A DNA stretch of 64,000 bases from an uncultured Gemmatimonadaceae bacterium. Its GTDB lineage: Bacteria; Gemmatimonadota; Gemmatimonadetes; Gemmatimonadales; Gemmatimonadaceae. Positions within the stretch are counted from its first letter, which is position 1. Each line of letters opens with the position of its first letter. The position numbers and the translations under genes are program-made. This document shows positions 59,272 through 64,000 of this stretch, in pieces. The notes under the pieces were generated by a model, which saw only the letters and a list, made by a program, of their open reading frames with translations, had not been told where the DNA came from and searched no databases. The stretch spans positions 288,001-352,000 of the forward strand of contig CAWAGQ010000005.1 in the NCBI GenBank assembly GCA_963781585.1, written 5' to 3'.

Positions 59272-61935
59272 CGCGGGAGGCAACGCCACTCATGCAGCAG
59301 TATCGGGAGATCAAGGCGCGTCATCAGAGACGCAATCCTGCTGTTCCGGATGGGCGATTTCTACGAGATGTTCTACGACGATGCCGAGGTCGCCTCGCGA
59401 GTCCTCGGACTGACACTCACGTCGCGAAACAACGGCGGTGCGGCCGAAGTCCCGCTCGCCGGCGTGCCGGTGAAGGCGGTGAGCGAGTATCTGCGCCGGC
59501 TGGTGCAGCAGGGATTCCGCGTGGCGATCTGCGAGCAGGTGGAGGATCCGAAGCTGGCGAAGGGCATCGTGCGGCGAGAGGTGGTGGAGACGGTCACACC
59601 GGGTGCCGCGTTTGCCGACGATCTGCTCGACGGTCCGACGCAACAACTTCCTGTGTGCGCTGCACGCAGAGGGAGATACCCTGGGCATTGCTGCCGCTGA
59701 CGTCTCGACAGGGACGTTTCAGCTGGCGGTGGCAGGCGCGCCGTGACGCGGAGTGCCGTCGCTGGCACGGTTCGCCCCGCGCGAGATGCTGCTCGCGCGT
59801 GGATCGAAGCTGCTGGACACCGACGTGCACATGGGGCAGCGCGCTGGTCACCGAGCGCGAGGCGTGGGAATTCGACCCGGCGCTGGCCGCGCGACGAGCT
59901 GGCGCGCCAGTTCGCTGTGCACTCGCTCGATGGACTCGGGCTCGAGCGGCGGACGCCGAACGGCGCGTCGGCGCGGCCGGGGCGCTCCTCCGATATCTGC
60001 GCGAGCTGCAACCGGGCGGCGTGCCGCAACTCATGCGGCCGGTGCTCGAGCGCGATGGGCGGACGATGCCGCTCGACGAGATGACGCGCCGCAACCTGGA
60101 GCTCGTGGATTCGCTTCGTACGTCAGGGGAGGCACCGGAAAGCGGGCGGAAGCGGAGCAATCCGGGCACGCTCCTCGGCGTGCTCGATCGGACGCTGACG
60201 GCGATGGGCGCGCGGCTGTTGCGGCAATGGATGCTGGCGCCGCTGCTGACGAAGACGGCGGTCGAGCCCGACTCGACGGCGGTCGCGGCCCTGGTCAGTA
60301 CGCCGATTGCGCGGGCGGCACTGAGGAGTGAGCTGGACCAGGTGCGCGATATCGAGCGGCTGGCGAGCAAGGCAGCTGCGGGCCGCTCCACTCCGCGCGA
60401 GCTGCGCGCGCTCGGCGACTCCCTCGCTGCACCTGCCTGCGGTGGCCGCCCGGGCGCGTGACGCCGGCGAGGCCGGCGCATTGGGTCCGGTGCTCGTGGC
60501 GTGGGATGACTGCGCTGACGTGGCGGAGGATGTCCACGCAACGCTGGTGGACCGGCCGCGAAGCGCGGTGGGTGACGGCGATGTGGTGCGACGCGGCGTC
60601 GATGGCGCGCTGGACGAATTGCGCGCGTTGCGCGACGGCGGCAAGGATGCCATCGCGCGGATCCAGACAGCCGAGCGCGCGCGGACCGGCATTCCGTCGC
60701 TCAAGGTCGGGTACAACAAGGTCTTCGGGTACTACATCGAAGTGACGAACGCCAACCGCCATCTCATTCCGGCCGACTACCAGCGGCGCCAGACGCTGAC
60801 CGGGGCCGAGCGGTACGTGACGCCCGCGCTGAAGGAGTACGAAGAGAAGGTGCTGACGGCGACCGAGCGGATCGAGCGCGCGTGAAGCGCGAGCTGTTCG
60901 AGGGCTTGCGGCGCCGGGTGGGCGCGCAGATCGGGCGGCTGCAAGCAGCGGCGGGACGCGTGGCGGAGCTCGACGTGCTGGCGACGCTGGCCGAGGTCGC
61001 CGCCAGCGAAGGATATGCGCGTCCGGAGATCGACGGAGGGTTTCGACCTCGAGATCGTGGGCGGGCGGCACCCGGTGGTGGAGCGGATGATGCCGCGCGA
61101 GCGGTTCATCCCGAACGACGTGCAGCTGACGAACGACGCGCGGCATGATGATCCTGACGGGGCCGAACATGGCGGGAAAGTCCACCGATCCTGCGCCAGA
61201 GTGGGGCTGATCGTGCTGATGGCGCAGATGGGGAGCTTCGTTCCGGCGAGCCGGGCGCGAATCGGGATCGTGGACCGGGTGTTCACGCGCGTCGGGGCGA
61301 GCGACAATCTGGTGCGCGGGCAGTCGACGTTCATGGTCGAGATGTCGGAGACGAGCGCGATCCTGCACACGGCGACGGCGCGCAGTCTCGTGCTGCTGGA
61401 TGAGATCGGCCGCGGCACGTCGACCTATGACGGCGTGTCCATCGCCTGGGCGGTGAGCGAGCATCTGCACGACCGCGATCGGCTGCAAGACGATCTTCGC
61501 GACGCACTATCACGAACTGACGCAACTGGCGGACGAATTAGTGGCACTGCGCAACTATAACGTCGCGGTTCGTGAAGTGGGCGACGCAGGTCGGTCTTCC
61601 TGCATCGGCTGCAGCCTGGGGGTGCCGACCGTTCCTACGGGATCGAGGTGGGGCGATTGGCCGGGCTGCCGGCGCCGGTCCTCGACCGGGCGCGCGAGGT
61701 GCTGCGGCTTCTCGAAGGCGAGCAATTGGCGGCCCGTCTGCAGGAGAGCACAGGTCCGACGCCGTCCGATGCGGACCTGCCACCGGGATCCGGGGCTGAC
61801 CATGCGGCGCAGCTGCCCCTGTTTGCCGCGCGCGAGCACCCGGTCGTGGAGCGTCTGCGCGCTCTTCGTCCCGAGCGGACCACGCCGCTCGACGCCCTGC
61901 ACGTGCTGGACGAACTGGTGCGGATGGTACAATGA
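59268..61935 (+). pseudogene. mutS: DNA mismatch repair protein MutS, broken by roughly a dozen frameshifts (artefact or true pseudogene)
   Basis: [66 protein letters not shown] and [11 protein letters not shown] are scattered over all three + frames. Confidence 0.9.
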
Positions 61936-62441
61936 GCGATCTTGCGCGCGGCCGGGTTGGGCAGAGAGGGGCGGGGGGAGGGGGCGCGCGCAGCCTCGAG
62001 AGACGGCCGGCAGGTCGGGTACTGTCACACGGGCTGGCCGGCAGCCTGGTGCTCATGCTGGGGCTGGCGTGTGCGGATGTCCGGCGTACGTGGGATCACT
62101 TCCGTGGCGAACGCGAGGCGGTACAGCTTCCGGTCCTGGTGACCGAGGACTTGCCGTTTCGCTATCCACCGGACTTGTACCTGCTGCAGGTGCAAGACAA
62201 CGTGACGCTGCGGCTGCACATCGATTCGCTTGGCAAGGTTGTTCCGGAATCCACGGCGATCGAGGAACATGCGGCGAACGCGGCGTTCGATGCAGCGGCA
62301 CTCGCGGGTGCCGCCCATCTGGTTTTCCGGCCGGCGCAGCGGGGCGAGCGTCGGATCGGCTACACGGTGCTCTTCCCGATCAAGTTTCGCGTGCCCGGTG
62401 CACCTCCGCTTCCGGGTGATTCCGCCGCAACCAGGCAGTGA
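61932..62441 (+). CDS. TonB C-terminal domain protein
   Basis: One TM segment, then FRYPP...[13 protein letters not shown]...[13 protein letters not shown]...FPIKF. Confidence 0.75.
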   Translation: MSDLARGRVGQRGAGGGGARSLERRPAGRVLSHGLAGSLVLMLGLACADVRRTWDHFRGEREAVQLPVLVTEDLPFRYPPDLYLLQVQDNVTLRLHIDSLGKVVPESTAIEEHAANAAFDAAALAGAAHLVFRPAQRGERRIGYTVLFPIKFRVPGAPPLPGDSAATRQ

Positions 62442-62478
62442 CGCGGCCGCGTCCGATTCTCGCACCCGGAGCGGTTCA

Positions 62479-63897
62479 ATGGCTTCCTCGACCTTGACTC
62501 CGACATCTGTGACGCGGAACCGAACGCCATATGAGTCGGTGCTGGACACGATCGGCTGGACGCCGCTCATCCGTCTTACGAGAGTCACGCGTGGCATGCG
62601 CACCCGGGTCTATGGGAAGGCCGAGTTCTTCAATCCAGGGGGGTCCCTCAAGGATCGTATCGGCTTGCCCATCATCGAGCAGGCCGAGCGCGAGGGGCGC
62701 CTCAGGCCGGGTGGGGTGATTGTCGAGGGGACCAGCGGCAATACGGGTGTGGGCCTGGCGATCGCGGCGGCGATCAAGGGGTATCGCTGCGTGTTCACGT
62801 TGCCGGACAAGATGTCCCAGGAGAAAGTGCGGCTGCTGAAGGCGTTCGGGGCCGAGGTGATCATAACGCCGACTGCAGTCCCCCCGGATCATCCCGACAA
62901 CTACGTGATGGTCGCGAAGCGCATCGCCGCGGAGACGCCTAACGCGGTACTGGCGAATCAATTCGACAACCAAGCCAATCCGGCGGCGCACTACGCGACG
63001 ACAGGGCCGGAGCTGTGGGAGCAGTCCGAGGGGCGCATCACGCATTTCGTTTCGGCGGCCGGCACCGGGGGCAACCTGACCGGTGTCGGCCGCTATCTGA
63101 AGGAGCGAAATCCCAGGATTCAGATCATTGCCGGCGATCCGCAGGGCTCGATCCTGGCGGAGCAGTGGCGCAGTCAGGGGCATTCGCGTGTCGAGGGGAC
63201 GCCGTACAAGGTGGAGGGCGTGGGCCAGGACAAACTTCCCGGGACGCTCGATATGAGCGTGATCGACGAGTTTCAGACGGTAAGCGACAAGGATGCGTTC
63301 GCGATGGCTCGCCGACTGACGCGCGAAGAGGGCCTGTTCGTGGGCGGGTCCAGCGGACTTATCACCTGCGTGGCGTTGAGCGTCGCACGGCGCGTGAATG
63401 ACCCCCAGGCCTTCGTGGTGACGCTGTTGTGCGATACTGGGGAGCGGTACCTGTCGAAGCTGTACAACGATGAGTGGATGCGCGAGAACCAGCTGCTGAA
63501 CGTCGAACGCGTCACGCTGGAGCACGTACTCCGCGGGAAGCCGGACGGGATGGCGGCGGTGGTGAGTGCGACGCCGGGAGCGACAGTGCGGCAGGCGCTG
63601 CGGCTGATGACGCTGCACGACGTATCACAGTTGCCGGTGATGGACGGTGCAACCTGCGTGGGGTCGGTGAGCGAGGCCTCGCTCACGGCACGGGCACTGG
63701 AGCGACCCGACTTGCTGGATGCCGTCGTGAGCGACGCAATGGACGCTCCCTTTCCGGTCGTTGATGCGGGGATGCCAGCGGACGCGGTGGCAAAGGTGCT
63801 CTCAAAGAGTAATCCGGCGGTGCTCGTGCAGACCCAGGGCGCAGTGGAGGGAATCGTGACGCGCTCGGATCTGCTCCATTTCATGATGTCACGCTGA
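62479..63897 (+). CDS. cbs: Cystathionine beta-synthase (PLP domain plus CBS pair)
   Basis: Motifs IGWTPL, KAEFFNPGGSLKDR, EGTSGNTG, GTGG, CDTGERYLSKLYNDEWM and a C-terminal CBS pair. Confidence 0.92.
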   Translation: MASSTLTPTSVTRNRTPYESVLDTIGWTPLIRLTRVTRGMRTRVYGKAEFFNPGGSLKDRIGLPIIEQAEREGRLRPGGVIVEGTSGNTGVGLAIAAAIKGYRCVFTLPDKMSQEKVRLLKAFGAEVIITPTAVPPDHPDNYVMVAKRIAAETPNAVLANQFDNQANPAAHYATTGPELWEQSEGRITHFVSAAGTGGNLTGVGRYLKERNPRIQIIAGDPQGSILAEQWRSQGHSRVEGTPYKVEGVGQDKLPGTLDMSVIDEFQTVSDKDAFAMARRLTREEGLFVGGSSGLITCVALSVARRVNDPQAFVVTLLCDTGERYLSKLYNDEWMRENQLLNVERVTLEHVLRGKPDGMAAVVSATPGATVRQALRLMTLHDVSQLPVMDGATCVGSVSEASLTARALERPDLLDAVVSDAMDAPFPVVDAGMPADAVAKVLSKSNPAVLVQTQGAVEGIVTRSDLLHFMMSR

Positions 63898-64000
63898 ATC
63901 CGGGCGCATTGACGATGACTGGGATGTTGTGGACCGCGCGACGTGGGTTGACGCCAGTCCGGCAACCGGAGCGATTCCGATTGTCCGCTCGCCGTGGTCG

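Overview
This is a GC-rich bacterial chromosome segment spanning the replication origin. Gene content and protein style suggest Gemmatimonadota (inference, no search run). It carries the core ori region (rnpB, dnaN, oriC, dnaA, rpmH, rnpA, yidD, yidC, mnmE) and a displaced mnmG...parS-parA-parB-bactofilin block. Also present are a divergent arginine cluster (argCBD / argR-argG-argH) with tandem ARG boxes, ispG, murB, polA, a cold-shock gene, pyrE, upp, two M16 peptidase pairs, an ECF sigma/anti-sigma pair, holA, mutS and cystathionine beta-synthase. I saw no mobile elements, CRISPR arrays, rRNA or tRNA. Single-base frameshifts in argD, argG, pyrE and dnaN, plus many in mutS, most likely reflect long-read assembly errors. 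The most interesting observations are: a perfect Rex-type operator heading a cupredoxin / MsrC-like GAF / catalytically degenerate (p)ppGpp-hydrolase-like gene run; an HTH+AT-hook gene with a perfect 11-6-11 palindrome over its RBS upstream of ispG; rnpA and terC frames lacking canonical starts; a Hanks kinase with a MinD-like membrane tail; and sigma54-type promoters before a pilin and an ECF sigma.
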